Of a stretch of 64,000 nucleotides of DNA, positions 37,446 to 52,619 are shown in pieces. The notes under the pieces are model-generated. The model saw only the letters and a program-made list of their open reading frames with translations, was not told the DNA's origin and ran no database searches. Origin of the DNA: the human T2T-CHM13v2.0 reference genome, Homo sapiens. The stretch lies in the NCBI RefSeq assembly GCF_009914755.1, contig NC_060925.1; one strand, given 5' to 3'. Position 1 is the stretch's first letter; each line of letters begins with the position of its first letter. The position numbers and the translations under genes were made by a program.

Positions 37446-39972
37446 ACAATAAAATATTCTCCAGTGGAAAGTAAACTGCAATGTCAGGGTTAGGAGTTGC
37501 CTGCATTTATCACTCTATTATTATATCTGAGTGTCAGAATGCAAATAACAAGAAGGCCACTATGGTCTACAGTGACTTTAAGATACCAAAGCATTTCTCT
37601 TCAGTCTTAATGAAAAACTTAATTTTTCCTTAGAGCAACATTTCTCATATTTTCAAATGACTCTTATTTTCTATCACCGGAGTGTAGAGATTGAATTTGG
37701 CTAAACAGTTTCTGTGATTTTCTGTTTGTATTTTTGTTTCTATATTTTGAACCTGCCACTGGGGCTTTCAGTTGGCTTTTACCTAGATTGAATTGCTAAA
37801 GCTATTATGATAACAATCACAGACTTACTGCAAACTTGTATTTTTCCAGTTTGGTATAATGCTTAAGTAATTACGAAAACAAAACAAAACAAAAAAACAC
37901 CAGGAAGAAAATTAAAAGTTTGCAGTAATTTTAACAAGCAATTCCAGATAAAAAGGAGTCACTTTTGGAAATACAGAAAGTATACTGAACACCGCAAAGC
38001 CTATGCTTGTTTTCAGCAGGGAGTCTAATACCTTTCTTTCTGTTGGATGTGGGACAAAACTATAACTTGAAAGGATGAGGAAAAATTGTGTTTTCTGTTC
38101 AACTTTATGACCACAGAAGCCACTGCCTGAACTTGGAAATGAATGGACCTGAAGCAGTGGTGTGGAATTTGTCAGTAAGCCTTTTCCCAAAGGATGTCGT
38201 CATTGTAGCTCTGCCTGTTGGGTGCTAACTTATTAACTTAGTACACTCATAACTCTGTGGCATTTCACTAGTCTCTTGCATGTTCTCAGAGAATTGTGTA
38301 TTGGATTTTGGGAGTCCATTGAGGTTCTCTCAGGCAGCTTAAAAGACAATGAATTTTGCAAGGTGACTTCCAGTTCCTACTCTACAATCTCATTGCATTT
38401 TTCTTTATGCAAGCTCGTGAAAGTAGATGATTATTTTTCCAAAATATGTACTTTCAGTATTGTGTATTTGAAATACAAAAATTGAAATTAAATTTGGGTC
38501 TTTTATTTTGTGTTATTTATCCCATCTACTTAAATTAATGAAAACAAAACCCATATCGGAATATTATTAGTAACGTTTGCTCCTGCCACTCAAAAATCTT
38601 CATGTAGGCTTATTTATTTTCTAAGTTAAAATGTGTTTCTCAGAGAAAATTTCTTATGAATGATAGCTAAGTTGGCAGAGTGAAAAAGTATATTTGATAG
38701 GGAATAAAGCTGAATTACTACATAAATAGTATTGTAGACTCCAAAGCAATAATGAAATAGATTAGTCTTCTCTTCTCATTGCCTATGTATGTTACATCAG
38801 GCAAGAAGAGCACCTAGTACCCAGAATCCTGTGCTAGCTGTAAAGGGATTTGAGAACATTAGGGATATAATCTTCCCAGAAGTTAGGCATAATTTGTTTT
38901 GTTTTGGGTTTTTTTGTTTGTTTTTGGTAACAGGAGAAAACATAACAATATATTATAGATCTAACAGAAGCTTCAGCAAGAGAAAGTTTGCATATTGGGT
39001 AGCAGCATCATAGTTGCCCATATCTCTAGTGTAATTCAAGTCAGGAATTGCTTGTATTCTGAAACAAAACACACTTTCACCCATTCCTGAATAATTTTGA
39101 AAAGTTTTCAATAGCATATTTTAATCGTCTGAAAAGCAATCACTGTTAAATGTTGTGATCTTGAAATTATCCAAAAATTGGAAGCAAGGAATAGTCATGA
39201 AGTTCATGCCCTGAATAAATACAGAACCTATTTTTTCTTGTCATTCCCCCTTCCTAACTTCTGAAATGCAGAGCTGTTCATTCTAGATTATAGATTTTGC
39301 AGAGCATCTGACTGACCACCAGACATCCAAGTATTGCTCTGAATGTGATTAAAACTAGGTGTAATGATTATCAGAAACTTTTTTTCTATGTGTCTCGGGT
39401 GTTTTGTTTGATAAGAAAGGAATGTGGCAATGTTCAGGCCTGTCTACTTTCAGCTGGTAATTAGGCTGCATGTTTGTTTTCTTCCTAATTCTTTTTTTTT
39501 TTTTAATTTTAGACTTGTGCAATCTTACTTACTCTTGGAAAATTGGCATTGTTATTTATGTGGTAGGGTGCATATTGCATGATGTTTACAAAAAAAGTAC
39601 CTGTGCCAAATGAAGTTCATGTTTAACTATTGTGGTTTATGTGCACCTAAAGTACAATGCTGACGTGACTTATTCCAAATGGAAAGGAATTCCATACAGC
39701 CAACTCTTGGTTCTAACAGAGCATTGGGAGGACTAGTGATGATATGAACTACTGAAAGCCACAGGTTATCCAAAAATGCACATTAATTGCTAATCTTAAA
39801 TTTCTTCCCCTTCCAACTTTAATTTTAAAGCAAAAACAACAAACAAGAGGCCAAGTTTGGTTGGTGTGTCCTACCTCTCCCCTCTAGGCGTAAATATCCC
39901 TTATTGAAGATGCTAACAAAGAGTGAAATTGCCAAAGCCAAGCAGTTAGAGAAGAAAAAATGAAAGTAAGGG

Positions 39973-40805
39973 TGTAAAAGAAAAAAAAAAATTCTCCCAC
40001 TGTGTTCTTACGACTTGACACAGGGCATTTCTGACACCAGATGTGTGGGATTTTTCTGCAGTTCTCCACTGGACACCAGCTGGGTTTCCTCTACTTCAAT
40101 TCAATTCTGACACTGTCTACCTGGAATTAGCATCAGATCCCACAGGTGAAGGGCTCAGTCCCGCAAGACTGTCCCCACTCCACATGCTGGTCACAAGTTC
40201 GAGCCTCCCTGGGTTTCATCTGGAGCAGCTCACAGAACTCAGGGAATAGTTTACTGACATTTACCAGTTTATTACAAAGGGTATTACAAGGGATACAGAT
40301 GAAATACATACATAGGGAAAGGGATGTAGGAAGGGGTGAGGAGGTTCCACAACCTCTCTGGGATACATCCATGTGTTCTGCAACCCCAAAGCTCTCCAAA
40401 CCCCATAGTTCAGAGATTTTTATGAAAGCTTCATCATCTAAGTGTGGTTGATTATCAGTCTCCAGTTCTTCTCACCTTTCTGGAGAATTGCGATGGGGCT
40501 GAAAGTTCCAAACTTGTAGTCATGGCTTGTTTTTTTTCTGGTGACCAGCCGCCATCCTGAAGCTATCCAGGAACCCAGTAAGAATCACCTCATTAGAACA
40601 AAAGATGCTCCTATCACCCAGGAAATTCTAAGGGATTGGAGCTCTGTGTCAAGAACCAGGATCAAAGACCGATTATTAGAATAAAAGATCCTCCTAGTAA
40701 CCCTTTTGCTCTAGAAATTACAAGGGTTTTCGGGGGCTCTGTGCCAGGAACTTGGGATGAAGACCTATATATATATATATTTCTTATTATAAATTATAGT
40801 ATCAT
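39973..40805 (-). mobile_element. MER21B-like solo ERV LTR
   Basis: ttctgacaccagatgtgtggg...caattcaattctgacactgtctacctgga...gggctgaaagttcc...cacctcattagaacaaaagatgctcctatcacccaggaaattc...ctctgtgccaggaac. Confidence 0.85.
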
Positions 40806-41054
40806 GAGGAATATGAAATAAGTCATATTCAGCCTAAATAGCCTATGTTTAAAGCATACATGTTTTAATAGATAATTTCAGTGGTACCTGTAGACAACTT
40901 TGTGAAGCTATGTTTTAACTTGATGGAAAAAAAGACTGCAGACATGACCTCCTAATTAGCATTATACTACAACTAAAATCATGTGCTGTACATATTGATG
41001 CAGACTAGTTTTGCTTATGCTGCTTAGAAGGAAAATAACTCTACATTTTTTTAA

Positions 41055-41290
41055 AGGAGTGATACAGTACAAGGAACATCAGATTTCACTTCAGAAAACT
41101 TAGGTTCAGGGTTTTGTCTTTGCCACTAGCTAGGCAAAGCTAGTGTGATTCTGGGCAAATCACAGTTCTATTATCCTTAATTTTCTCATTTGTCAACTGG
41201 GGCTAGTATTTCTCAAGAGTTGTGAAGACTAAATGAGGCTGCATATATGAAAATAGTTTGTATATTGAATGACTGTATACTAATTTTTAG
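41055..41290 (+). mobile_element. MIR
   Basis: taggttcagg...gtgtgattctgggcaaatcac...ttttctcatttgtcaactgggg...gttgtgaagactaaatgag. Confidence 0.75.
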
Positions 41291-41534
41291 GGTAAGCTAA
41301 CTTTATTATTGACTAATTTTTATTATTTTATTATTAGTGTAAGCCAATATTATTTTTTACATATTTATTTCTGCCACTAATATTTAAAAAATAAAATTGA
41401 TTGTTTCTTATAGCTTTAATTCATACCCCTAATTTTTATAATATAAAAATTAAAAAAAAAATTGTTTAGCATAGTTTGAATGTACAAAATTCAGTCCCAA
41501 ACCAGTTATTCCCACAAGACTGTGTCACACTTGA

Positions 41535-41929
<395 letters not shown>

Positions 41930-41978
41930 TAGATAATCCAAAATGTGATCATTCAAAATAGTGTATAATGTTACCACC

Positions 41979-42268
41979 TTTTTTTTACTTCTGGAGGCAG
42001 AGTCTCACTCTGTCGCCCAGGTGTAGCATGACCCCGGTTCACTTCAACCTCCACCTCCTAGGTTCAAGTGATTCTCCTGCCTCAATCTCCTGAGTAGCTA
42101 GGACTACAGGTGTGTGCCACCATGTCCAGCTAATTTTTTATATTTTTAGTAGAGTCAGGGTCTCATCATGTTGCCCAGGCTGGTCTCGAACTCCTGAGCT
42201 CAAGCAGTCCACCCACCGTCGGCCTCTCAAAGTGCTAGGATTACAGGTGTGAGCCACCATGCCTGGCC
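41979..42268 (-). mobile_element. AluJb-like
   Basis: ttgcccaggctggtctcgaactcctgagctcaagc; 21-bp TSD at 41953-73 and 42269-89. Confidence 0.92.
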
Positions 42269-42379
42269 TCAAAATAGCATATAATGTTATCTTGAGGTAT
42301 TTCTTTTAATTAACCAAGCATAATAAAGATTAATATTAGTATAAACCTTTTTAAATGATTTTTTAAAATCTATGCTCTT

Positions 42380-42712
42380 ATATTAGTTAGGATATGCTAA
42401 GATATATTCTGTGACAATTCCCATATCATGATGGCCTTACAAAAGTCTATTGCTTGTTTACAGTCAGTGTCCAGTGTGGATAGGCAGGAGGGTTCTCCTC
42501 ATTGTACTCGCTAAGAGACCTTTGCAGGTGGTGTTCCAGGTTCTTCCATGATCCCTGTGGCTTAGGGACCAGAATGAGGCACATTGAACACCGGCTGATA
42601 AAGCTTTATACAAGTGCACATGTTGTTTTCACTCATATGACATTGGCCAAACCAACTTCAAGGGTGCTCAAGTGAAGCAGGATATCTGATGACAGCCTTG
42701 ATGACTTCCATA
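42380..42712 (-). mobile_element. MLT1 (J/K-like) MaLR LTR remnant
   Basis: tattagttaggatatgcta...actcatatgacattggccaaaccaacttcaaggg. Confidence 0.55.
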
Positions 42713-43182
42713 ATCTTTTTGTAAACACGTATACTAATATTATACCCTCCTTTAATGTTATTCAATATCCAAAGTCATTTAACATGATAAAAAACTGTAT
42801 TTTATATTTTAATTTGCTTTTCCAAACTGTGTCTTCTTAACTTTATTAATGCAAAAAAAATTTAATTTTTTCCATGTAATATTGACTCCTATTGTGTTAT
42901 TGAAGGGGATTATGTTTCAAAAGTACCTTCCTAGATGATGGTTTCATCAGTGAAATTGTCTCAAAATAAAAATGAAAATTAATATGTAACAGTTTTATCA
43001 TAGGTTTTTGGCAGAGATTTTGCTGTTATTGGTGATGATATTACTTAGGGTTTCCATTAGCATTTAGAGTATTGTACCAATGATCACTTAACAAGGTCAA
43101 TATCACGATGATAAAAACATTCAAACTATTTAGGAAAATAAGTTAAAAGATTTAGGTCATTTATTTCATAAAGGTGATAATT

Positions 43183-43397
43183 CAGGGTCAGAAAACTATA
43201 ACCCATGAGCAAAATCAAGCATGTCACCTGTTTTATGTAATTATTAGAACACAGCCATGCCCATTTGTTTTGTATTGACTTTGGCTGCCTTCATGCTATA
43301 ATGGCAGAATCAAATACTTACAGCAGAGACCGTATGGCCTCCAAAGCTGAAAATATTTACTATCAGTTCCTTTACAGAAAAAGTTTGCCAAATACTG
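43183..43397 (+). mobile_element. MER58A (hAT-Charlie)
   Basis: cagggtcagaaaactat...gaacacagccatgcccatt...gagaccgtatggcc...aaaatatttactatc...tttacagaaaaagtttgcc. Confidence 0.88.
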
Positions 43398-43439
43398 GAC
43401 TAAAGGAAAGAATGTAAGGTGAAGAAAAATAAGATTTAT

Positions 43440-43665
43440 AAATAGAATACCTGATTTGAATCCTGATTCTAATATTTTTTCACTTTGTGCTTTTGACCAG
43501 GTCATTGAACTTTTCCGAGTTATTTACTTCCTTCAGGTGAATAGTCTAAATGACTTTCTAATAGATGAATGATAATAATTGCACTTGCTATCTCACAGGG
43601 TTTTGTGAAAACTCAAAAGGATAATGTATTTAACAGTGGTAAATAACCTAATTACTATGCAAATA
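43440..43665 (+). mobile_element. MIR
   Basis: cctgatttgaatcctgattct...gataataattgcacttgctatctcacagggttttgtga. Confidence 0.65.
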
Positions 43666-43749
43666 AAATTTCTCATTTTTAAATAATCTGCTGTATTTGT
43701 TTTTCCCTGTTTTTCATCGAAGATTGAAATAAGGTTTGTGACTCAATTT

Positions 43750-43877
43750 TTATGAACTATTGGAAGACAGCTGGATAAGCTTTAAGAGCCTGAAATCATG
43801 TTCTGAAGAGAGGGTCCACAGCACATATCAGATTCTCAAAGGGGTCCATAAACCACAAAAGGGTTTAGAACCATTGG
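43750..43877. mobile_element. MER103C-like hAT fragment
   Basis: gagagggtccacagc...atcagattctcaaaggggtcc...aaaagggtttagaaccattg. Confidence 0.65.
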
Positions 43878-44349
43878 CTTGTATAATTTGTTTTAATTTT
43901 CAGATTGATAAAAAGTGCAATTTTGTGCTACTTCAAAAATTGAGAGAAAATACTGTATTAGAAACATAGTAACATGTTCCAATGTAGGTGCTAGCAGACA
44001 AAATAACTGCTTCAAAAACTGAGTATATAGGGCTCAGACGGAAACCACAGGGAAATGTATTTCTAAAAATAAGAAAATCTCATTCTACTGCTTAGCTCTG
44101 GGTGATGTTATAGTGTCAGATATTTTCAGTACTCCTCTCCTGCAGATTCTGAGTTGTTTTCTGTAAATATGATACAAAATGTTACATTTAAGAAAACTAG
44201 AGTGCTACCAATCTCAAGCCATGACATTCTGGTTTAAAAAATTCAGACTTTGGGGGAAAAATTTCAAGAAAATGAAATCTAAGTGTCAGAAAAAGGGATC
44301 ACTATATTTTTAGAGGAAAAAATCAGGGGATAGAAATTGTGGGTGTATA

Positions 44350-44561
44350 GACCAGGTACAGCGGCTCACTCTTATAATCCCATCACTTCGGGAGGCCAAG
44401 AATTGCTGAGTTCAGGAGTTTGAGACCAGCCTGGGCAACATTGCAAGATCCTTGTCTCTACAAAAGAAAAAATAATTAGCCGAGCATGGTGGCTACAGTG
44501 AGCCATAATCATGCCACTGCACTCCAACCTGGGCAACAGCGGGAGACCCTGTCTCAAAAAA
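44350..44561 (+). mobile_element. AluJ with internal right-arm deletion
   Basis: Left arm, then ttagccgagcatggtggc|tacagtgagccataatcatgccactgcactcc...gtctcaaaaaa. Confidence 0.88.
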
Positions 44562-45290
44562 GAAAATTATGAGTTTATGATAATAGAAAGGAGATTGTTA
44601 TGATAAAGCCACTCTTGATGTGGATGATGAGAGAAAGAAAAGTAATAGCATAGACTTGATTGCAAATCACTTCGCATACACTCTTTGTCTTTCTACAGTA
44701 TTTCCTGGCTGACTTTTATAAATGTTTGCTGAAAGTCCAAAGATGTGCAGTGCTGGTTATCTTTTTAAATTCATGGAAACTCTAGGAAGGGCATATAAAT
44801 CAAGGCAACTTAAGATAGGTGCTTTGCTTATGTTAATGCAGAAAGAAAATCATATTCTTTCACATGGCAACTTTGGGCATACAAATAGTGAGGAATTAAT
44901 AGCATACTCATTTAAAATAAAATACTATATGCTTTTATTAAAAATTAATAAGGAGTGTCTATACATCATTAAGCAATAAGAAACAAACAAGCAGTGTAAA
45001 GAATGTAGAGTGACAGGTAAGTCTTCCTCCTGCAGCTGATCCTTCAGTGTCTCATCCCCTACAGAGTCAAATATGATTACCATTTCTTATCATTCTAGGA
45101 ATCATTTATGTATGGATATGTGTGTGTGAAAGTGTGTGTGTCTATAATTAATATAGATACATTCCTTTGTTATACAAGTGAAGCTCACTATATCTTGCTA
45201 CCTCCACATAATAAGAGGTCATGAAATTTTAAAAAATCATTCGTTGAAGATTTGCTTTATTGTTTTAGCAGCTACATAGTTTTCCTTTTA

Positions 45291-45602
<312 letters not shown>

Positions 45603-46233
45603 GTATATGTATGGTATGACATATATATGTATGAGTTAATCCAGTACCAGTTTTTAATGCCTTTTTCCCCGATTTTTAAAAATATTATGAGGTGACTTGT
45701 TATCAAAGTATATATATAGATTGGTCTTTTCTCATATATGGTAATATGTGATTAACATAAAAATAGAATAATACAGAAGTGTATAAAAAAGGGAAATAAC
45801 TAGATAGGACCATGTTTCTTTTACAGTGATTTTCCTATGTATAGTTGACTTAGTTGATATTATACCATAATCACTGATTTTTAGAGATATTTAACATGCC
45901 AGTATCATTGGTCTTTATGGATGTTATAAATTTGAGTTTGCTGGCATAAGTATCTGTCTTTCATTGACTTATTAGGCTTCAAAATGAAAACATAAAAATA
46001 AACAATGACTCAGGTATTATAATATGAACTTCACTGATACAGAAAGCCATTACTTGTCATTTACAGTGGCTACTAGTTATACTGTCTGTCTTTACTTTTC
46101 TAAGGGGGAAAAAAGTTTTGTTGACTCATTCTTTAGGCAAGGTGATTCAGTCATCTAAATTGTTGTATCATCCAATGTGAGATCCAATATATGTCACTTA
46201 AACTGTGAGAAAAACAGTGTGATGTGCCATATA

Positions 46234-47380
46234 CAGTCATGTGTCACTTATCGACAGTGACATTTCCTGAAAAATGTGTCATTCAGCAACTTCCTCACTG
46301 TGCAAACATCATGGAGTGAACTTACACAAACCTAGATGTACACACCTAGGCTATCTGCTATAGCCTATTGCTTCTAGGCTACAGACAGGTGCAGCATGTT
46401 ACTGTACTAAGTACTGTAGGCAAGTGTTAGATAATGGTAAGTATTTGTGTATCTAAACATACCTAAACATAGAAAAGATGCACAAAATAAATGGTATAAA
46501 AGATTTTTTAAAAATAGTACACTTGTGTAGGGACTTAACATAAATGAGTCTTGTGGGACTGGAAGTTGCTTTCATGGGTCAGTGAGTGAGTGGTGAGTGA
46601 TTGTAAAGGCCGAGGACATTGGTGCACAATACTGTAGACTTTAAAAAACACTCTTCACTTAGGCTGCACTAAATTTATGAAAAATATTTTTCTCTCTTCA
46701 ATAATAAATTAGCTTTCCATAACTGTTTTACTTTATAAACTTTTTAATGTTTTTGAGCTTTTTAATTCTTTTGTAATAATACTTAGCTTAAAATTCATTT
46801 TACAGCTGTACAAAAATATTTTATTTACATTCTTATTCTATATGCTTTTTTTCTATTAATTTTTAAAAACTTTTTCAATATTTTTGTTAAAAGCCAAGAC
46901 ACAAACACACACACTAGCCTAGACCTACACAGGGTTAGGATCATCAATATCACTGTGTTCCACCTCCGTATTTTTTCCCACTGGAAAGTCTTTATTGATA
47001 ACATGCATGGAGCTGTCATCTCCTATGATAACAATAACTTCTCCTAGAATATCTATTACGGTTAACGTTTTTTCTTATAAGTAGAAGGAGTACAATCTAA
47101 AATAATAATAAAAGGTATAATATAGTAAATACATAAACCAGTACCATAGTAACTTTTTCTATCATCAGGTTTTATGTACTGTACATAATTGTACGTGCTG
47201 TACTTTTATATAATGAGAAGTGCAGTAGATTTTCTATATCAGCATCACCACAAACGTGGGTAATATGTTGTTCTATGATGTCACTAGACGATAGGAATTT
47301 TTCAGCTCTGTTATAATCTTTTGAGACTGCTGTTGTATATGTGGTCTATCTGTGACCAAATGTTACGCAGCACATGACTG
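46234..47380 (-). mobile_element. Tigger3b, full length, opposite orientation to the upstream copies
   Basis: TA|cagtcatgtg...cacatgactg|TA terminal inverted repeats with TA TSD; internal sequence is the reverse complement of the 7564-8865 type. Confidence 0.92.
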
Positions 47381-47479
47381 TATCTTGTTATTCTGAAGAT
47401 TTATCTCACGATTAGTTTATATAACCCTCAGATACTTTTCTTAAATGAAGGTACATAGGTGCAATAAATATTTCATACT

Positions 47480-48200
47480 TGCAAATGGCTTTCTCTTGCT
47501 TTCACACATGAAAGCTAATTTGGCTGGGTATAAAATTCTGGGATCACAACTTTTCCTACCACAATTCTATAAATTGTTCTCTATTGTCTCCTGGCAACTG
47601 CAGGGAGAAGTTTGATATTAAACTGAATTTCTTCTTTTATTAGTAATCTATTTTCCAACTAACTGCTGTTTTCATTTTTTAAGAGATTTTTAAAAAATCC
47701 TGCACTTATTCCAGTTAATTCGTTGTTTTTAGAGAAAGTTTTCTATTACATTATAGTTTCAGCTATTCTATGCTGATGGTTCTGCCTTTCCATCTTCAAA
47801 GACGCTGGAAAATTTTCTGTTGCTTTCGTATCCTCAGTTCTGTCTATATTTCATTTGTCTTTTGAAATTCTTTCTTCCATTACTTTTTTTCTGTAATTCT
47901 GGGAAATCTTTTATATTCTGTGAGCTGCATCACTGACTTGAGTTTGTACTATTTCTCTTCTACTCCTTAATTACATTGAATACAGATTTTAATTTTGCAA
48001 TTGCATATTCAGTTTCCTTTCAATCATCTATTTTTTTACTCATCTCTTTTCCTAATTTTGTCTTTAAATCACAGTGAATTTATTTTTTGTTGGCTTTACG
48101 TTTTATTCTCTCCTGTTGTGATTTCCAAACATATTCTGGGTCCTGCAGTATACTATTTTTGGAGACATGCTCTTTTGAATCATTCTTCCATTTCCTCACA
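47480..48200 (-). mobile_element. Old L1M/HAL1 ORF1-region fragment
   Basis: tttggctgggtataaaattctggg...ctctattgtctcctggc...gagaagtttgat. Confidence 0.55.
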
Positions 48201-49329
48201 AAATATTTACAGAGTTTTCATGGAACAACTTCTACATGGTTGGAGTACATAATCTAGAAGTATTATATTAAAATAGACAAAAATTTAGTTAGAAACTTAA
48301 TAGGAAAGTAAGTAATATAGCATGTTATGTGTTAATTATATAGCTTTGGGGAAAACTGAACAGCAAAATAGACTGGGAATGAGAGGAACAATTTTAATGG
48401 AGTCTAAAAGGTGATCTTTCTTTTCTGTTTTTTTACGTTACTTGTTTTTACTTTGGATTGGTGTTTCTAATTTGTGGACAGACAGTGAAGTTGGAGCCTC
48501 AAATGTTCTTTCTACTTGATTCAATGTGAGCAGGCTCAGTAGTGGAATAGCATAGTTATAGTTGGTTGCCAATGAGTGCATTTCAGTCTACTTTCTTCTG
48601 CTGAGTATAAAATTTTCCATATTCTCTCTCTGTAGGCTCTGAATTGTTATGGAAATGAAGAAATATTTTTTTTTTCTAGCTGCTTTTCTTAGTTGTCTTT
48701 GAAAGTTGTTTTGTTGATTTCTTGCTAAAATCCTGGGTTCCAGCATTTGCTTTTCTAATAGACTAAATTTAGGATGAAGGATGTAATCTGAGGTAGTCAT
48801 CATAGCTGTGAAGAGATTACAGAAAGGGGAAAACACACTAAGAGTCCACATTTAGAGCAAGGGTGGGCCTTCTCATAATTATCTTTTTTGTGTTTGTACT
48901 TCACTTCAAGATCAAATGAGAAAGTGTGTAGGAAACTAAGGTGCGAAGACGAAGTGTGATGTGGAATAGTGGCTTTCATATTTCTTCTCTGCCTCCCAGG
49001 CCCTAGAATCCTTTTTTTTAAATTGAATTTCTAACATGTATAAAACAGATAAATAGATCTATTTGTGCATGTGCTATGCGTGTGTGTGTCTGTGTAAGTG
49101 TATCTGTGGTGAGGCAGAAGTGGAAGTGTTTTGTATCCAAGGGAAGGCTGCCTGTTTCTATAGGAGGGCAGGACTTTGAGGTCACACAGATTTGCCTTTG
49201 TACACTGGCTGGGCCACTTTTGATTTGCCCTTAACATTGTAGGCCTTGGTATCAGTGGGTTTTAAAATGTCATAGGTCAGAAAAATTATGGCATTAGATT
49301 GAAAGACTTGCCTTTTGTATGGTCTCTTA

Positions 49330-49570
49330 TGTAACAGTATTTAGCATGTGGTATGTGCCAGGTTTTAAGTGTTTTACATATGTTATGAAATTTCATTCTT
49401 ATAACAACCCTATAAGGTGGTTGTTTCCATTATTCACATTTTTGGATAAGTACGCCGAAGCATTGAGAAATTAAACAATGTGCCTAATCATGCAGCAGGC
49501 ACATGCCATTGTGGTGTTTTAAGCCTACAGAGCCTAGCTTGTAGTGTTGGCACTTATAACCTCTTAACTC
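49330..49570 (-). mobile_element. MIR
   Basis: tatgtgccaggttttaagtgttttacat...ttcttataacaaccctataaggtgg. Confidence 0.75.
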
Positions 49571-51089
49571 TGACCTCTGCCTCTAGTGGCCAGGGGAGCC
49601 AGACCTGTATTGAATTACATTTTGAAAAATGTAGAGTATCTATGTTGTACCACAAATTTTAAGTGAACTGATGATATATGTTCGTCTTTCCTCCTAATGG
49701 TTTAGGGACTTAGTTCTAAGACCCTATCTTTCTAAGTGGAAGGGCTATGCCATTGTTGCCTTTGGAAAACACTTTCTACAAGTAAAAATCGTCACCTTTG
49801 GAAAATTACTGTCTACAAGTAATTTGCAAGAAATCAGTATGAAAAACACTGGACTATATCTCTGATGTGTCTCCCAACACTTTGTTTACTTGTAAATATT
49901 GAATTAAGTAAAGTATATCTGCCTTTACCATGTGTGAGAAAACCTTGTATGATATTTAGGCTAAATGGCATTACTCTTTTGATGCTGAGGGTACAGTTTT
50001 TAAAAATGTAAACATATGCCCTTTTTTCTAATGTGTATCTTTTAAAAACTAAGATACAGAAATAAATTATTTTGAAGATATTTGTCAAAATAAAAGTGTA
50101 CATGGGAGCCGAATCCCATACCAGAGATGAATTTTAAAAATGGTAATGGATATTGCATTAAATTGAGTTTAATCGATGTCCCTTAATGGTTTTAGTGATG
50201 TAGCCTTTCATCTAAATGACCCAACTTCAGCTGTCATCACTCAGATTCAGGATCTGTATAGTTACACATCATTCAGGTGGGTTGGCTGTCACTTGCTTTC
50301 TCTCTCCTGTCTGAGACAGACAGTAGTTGATGAGTTTTGAATTGCTACCACAAGGTAATAGTCAAGGCACGGCTCGTTCCTTACACCCTTATTTCAAGTA
50401 AAATTATATTCAATATAGACAGTCAGTACTTGAAAACCTTGAGTTTTATCTCTTCAATCTATTCTGCCTTATTGCCACCAATATTTCATTTTTTTTGGCC
50501 TCAGTTTTCCACTTTGTGTAGTGATGGGGTCAGAATTCTATTGGCTGTGTCTATGCTTACATTTAATGATTTTGCTTAAAAAATTCAGAGGCTTTTCCCA
50601 CCTCAGTTCGTGGTGGTTTATATTGTGAATATAAAAATTAATAGGCCATCTTAAACAAGATACGGTCGAGCAATTCTGTGAGGGATGTCAAAGTTAACGC
50701 CTTCAAAATAACAGGCTTTGCTGTCATAAAATTATTATACCACTTACTAATGAAGGATTAAATATTCTCACAGCTGCTAATGTCTGTTTGGCTAGGAGAA
50801 TGAAAGGTGAACAGTAATTTAGAGCACTTCATTTCACAGATTATTTGACTGAATATCAAGTAGCTGTTTTCTATGGTTGCGTATTCTGCAAAGTGAAGAG
50901 TGTGAAAAGAGAATTTTGACTCAACCACTCCTTACTTGAAATATGTTTCAGGAGAGAAAGTGCTATCATCATTAGCATCATCATCATTGCCACCATTATT
51001 TTTTATTGACATCAGACCCTTATTCTGAGCTTCAGTGGTACTACCTGAGCTATGCTTGGTGGCCATGAAAGTGACTTTAGCTGGCTGAT

Positions 51090-51290
51090 ACTCATGGACT
51101 GCTTACTATGTGGCATGCTTCATGCTAAGTTCTTTATGTTTGTTATATTATGTATTCCTTTTACTGTTTTATACATGGGGAGACTGAGGCACATAGCAGT
51201 GTGTAACTTTCTCAGTGACAGAGTAGCAGAGCTAGGATTTAAACCAAGACACCTGGGCTCTAGAGCCTGAAGTCTTAACTGCTATGCTAC
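51090..51290 (-). mobile_element. MIR
   Basis: atggggagactgaggcaca...gtagcagagctaggatttaaacc...ctctagagcctg. Confidence 0.78.
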
Positions 51291-52619
51291 GTTACCTTCA
51301 GTACACTTGAAAATAAATTTGAATAAGTCTATTTGCAGTTGAGAAAAATTACTGTGAATCAAAGATAGCATGGATTTCTTGGCACTTTAGATTACTTATG
51401 TCCACCAAGATCCAACTTTCTAAAATGAAAAAAATATATGTTATGTCTAATGTGTTACTTTAGGACAATTTGATGACAGAGGAATTATATAGTTCTATCA
51501 GTTTACTGCTATAGTAGACTTTTATTTATTGATTTTATGGTTTATTGTTTGATGCCAAGTCTGGTCAGGAATACAACATCAAATTATATTGGAAAAGTCT
51601 TTTAACAATACTCTTTAAAGTGTGATTTCCAGAAAGTGCTTTGTGATAGAAGTTCAGATTCCTAATTTATGATCTCTTTCAATACGCAGGAAAACTTAAG
51701 TTACTCAAATTTTGTGCTAAGAAATAGTTCTCCATTTCCTTAATGCTACAGAATTATTTTTCTTCTCCTCTTGGAATAAGAGGAGAATCAGATCATCAGT
51801 ATTTAAATAACACATGAATTTACAGCAATTGACAGAAATATAATTTTATTACGCCTTGAACAGTTCTCTCTTGATTGGCTTGAGCTTCAGATAAAATAGT
51901 TGGCCAATATTTAGTGCTCGTGTTTTATTAACAAAATGCATATCTTTAAACACTCGAAATGAAATCCAGAATAGTTAAATATTCTCACTGTGAGACACTT
52001 GTGGAGCCTGAGAAGGACTATGAGAACAGCATGCATTTCAAATGTATTCAGGAAACAGCTGGGAAAGTTTGGAAACAATCTACAGGTAGATTATTATTGT
52101 TCTTTGGCAAAATTTCTTTGCAAAGGAATAGCCCTTCAACGTTTAGCTGCAATTCTAGGTTATATGAATGTATCTTGCTACCAAAAAATGTTTGGTGGAA
52201 GCTCATTCAAAAAATAACATAAGAAACTTGTAACTTCCTATAGATTTTGAAATTTACAACTGTCATGTAGGATTTTATTATGTAAGTTGCAACTAAAAAT
52301 AGCAAGGGAGCCATCTTGTGAAATACTGTTTGAACTGCAGGCGCGGTTGTTTCTGGGCCAAGAGGAAGTTTGATCACTTAAAGTTGACACAAAATGTCAA
52401 AACATCCCTTTGATTTACCTACTTTAATCAATGCATTTGTTTTGATGCACCTATATATACATACTTTCCCAGTCTGACAAGGTAAAACAGTGCATATTTG
52501 CAGAATGGCATGTCCCAAACCAGATTTATATGTTGTAGTTATGCAACTGAGAAAAACGCTAAGTTTGAGGACCCATATCTCTCGCCTTAATCTCAAACAC
52601 TTGCTCCAAGCAACTGAAT

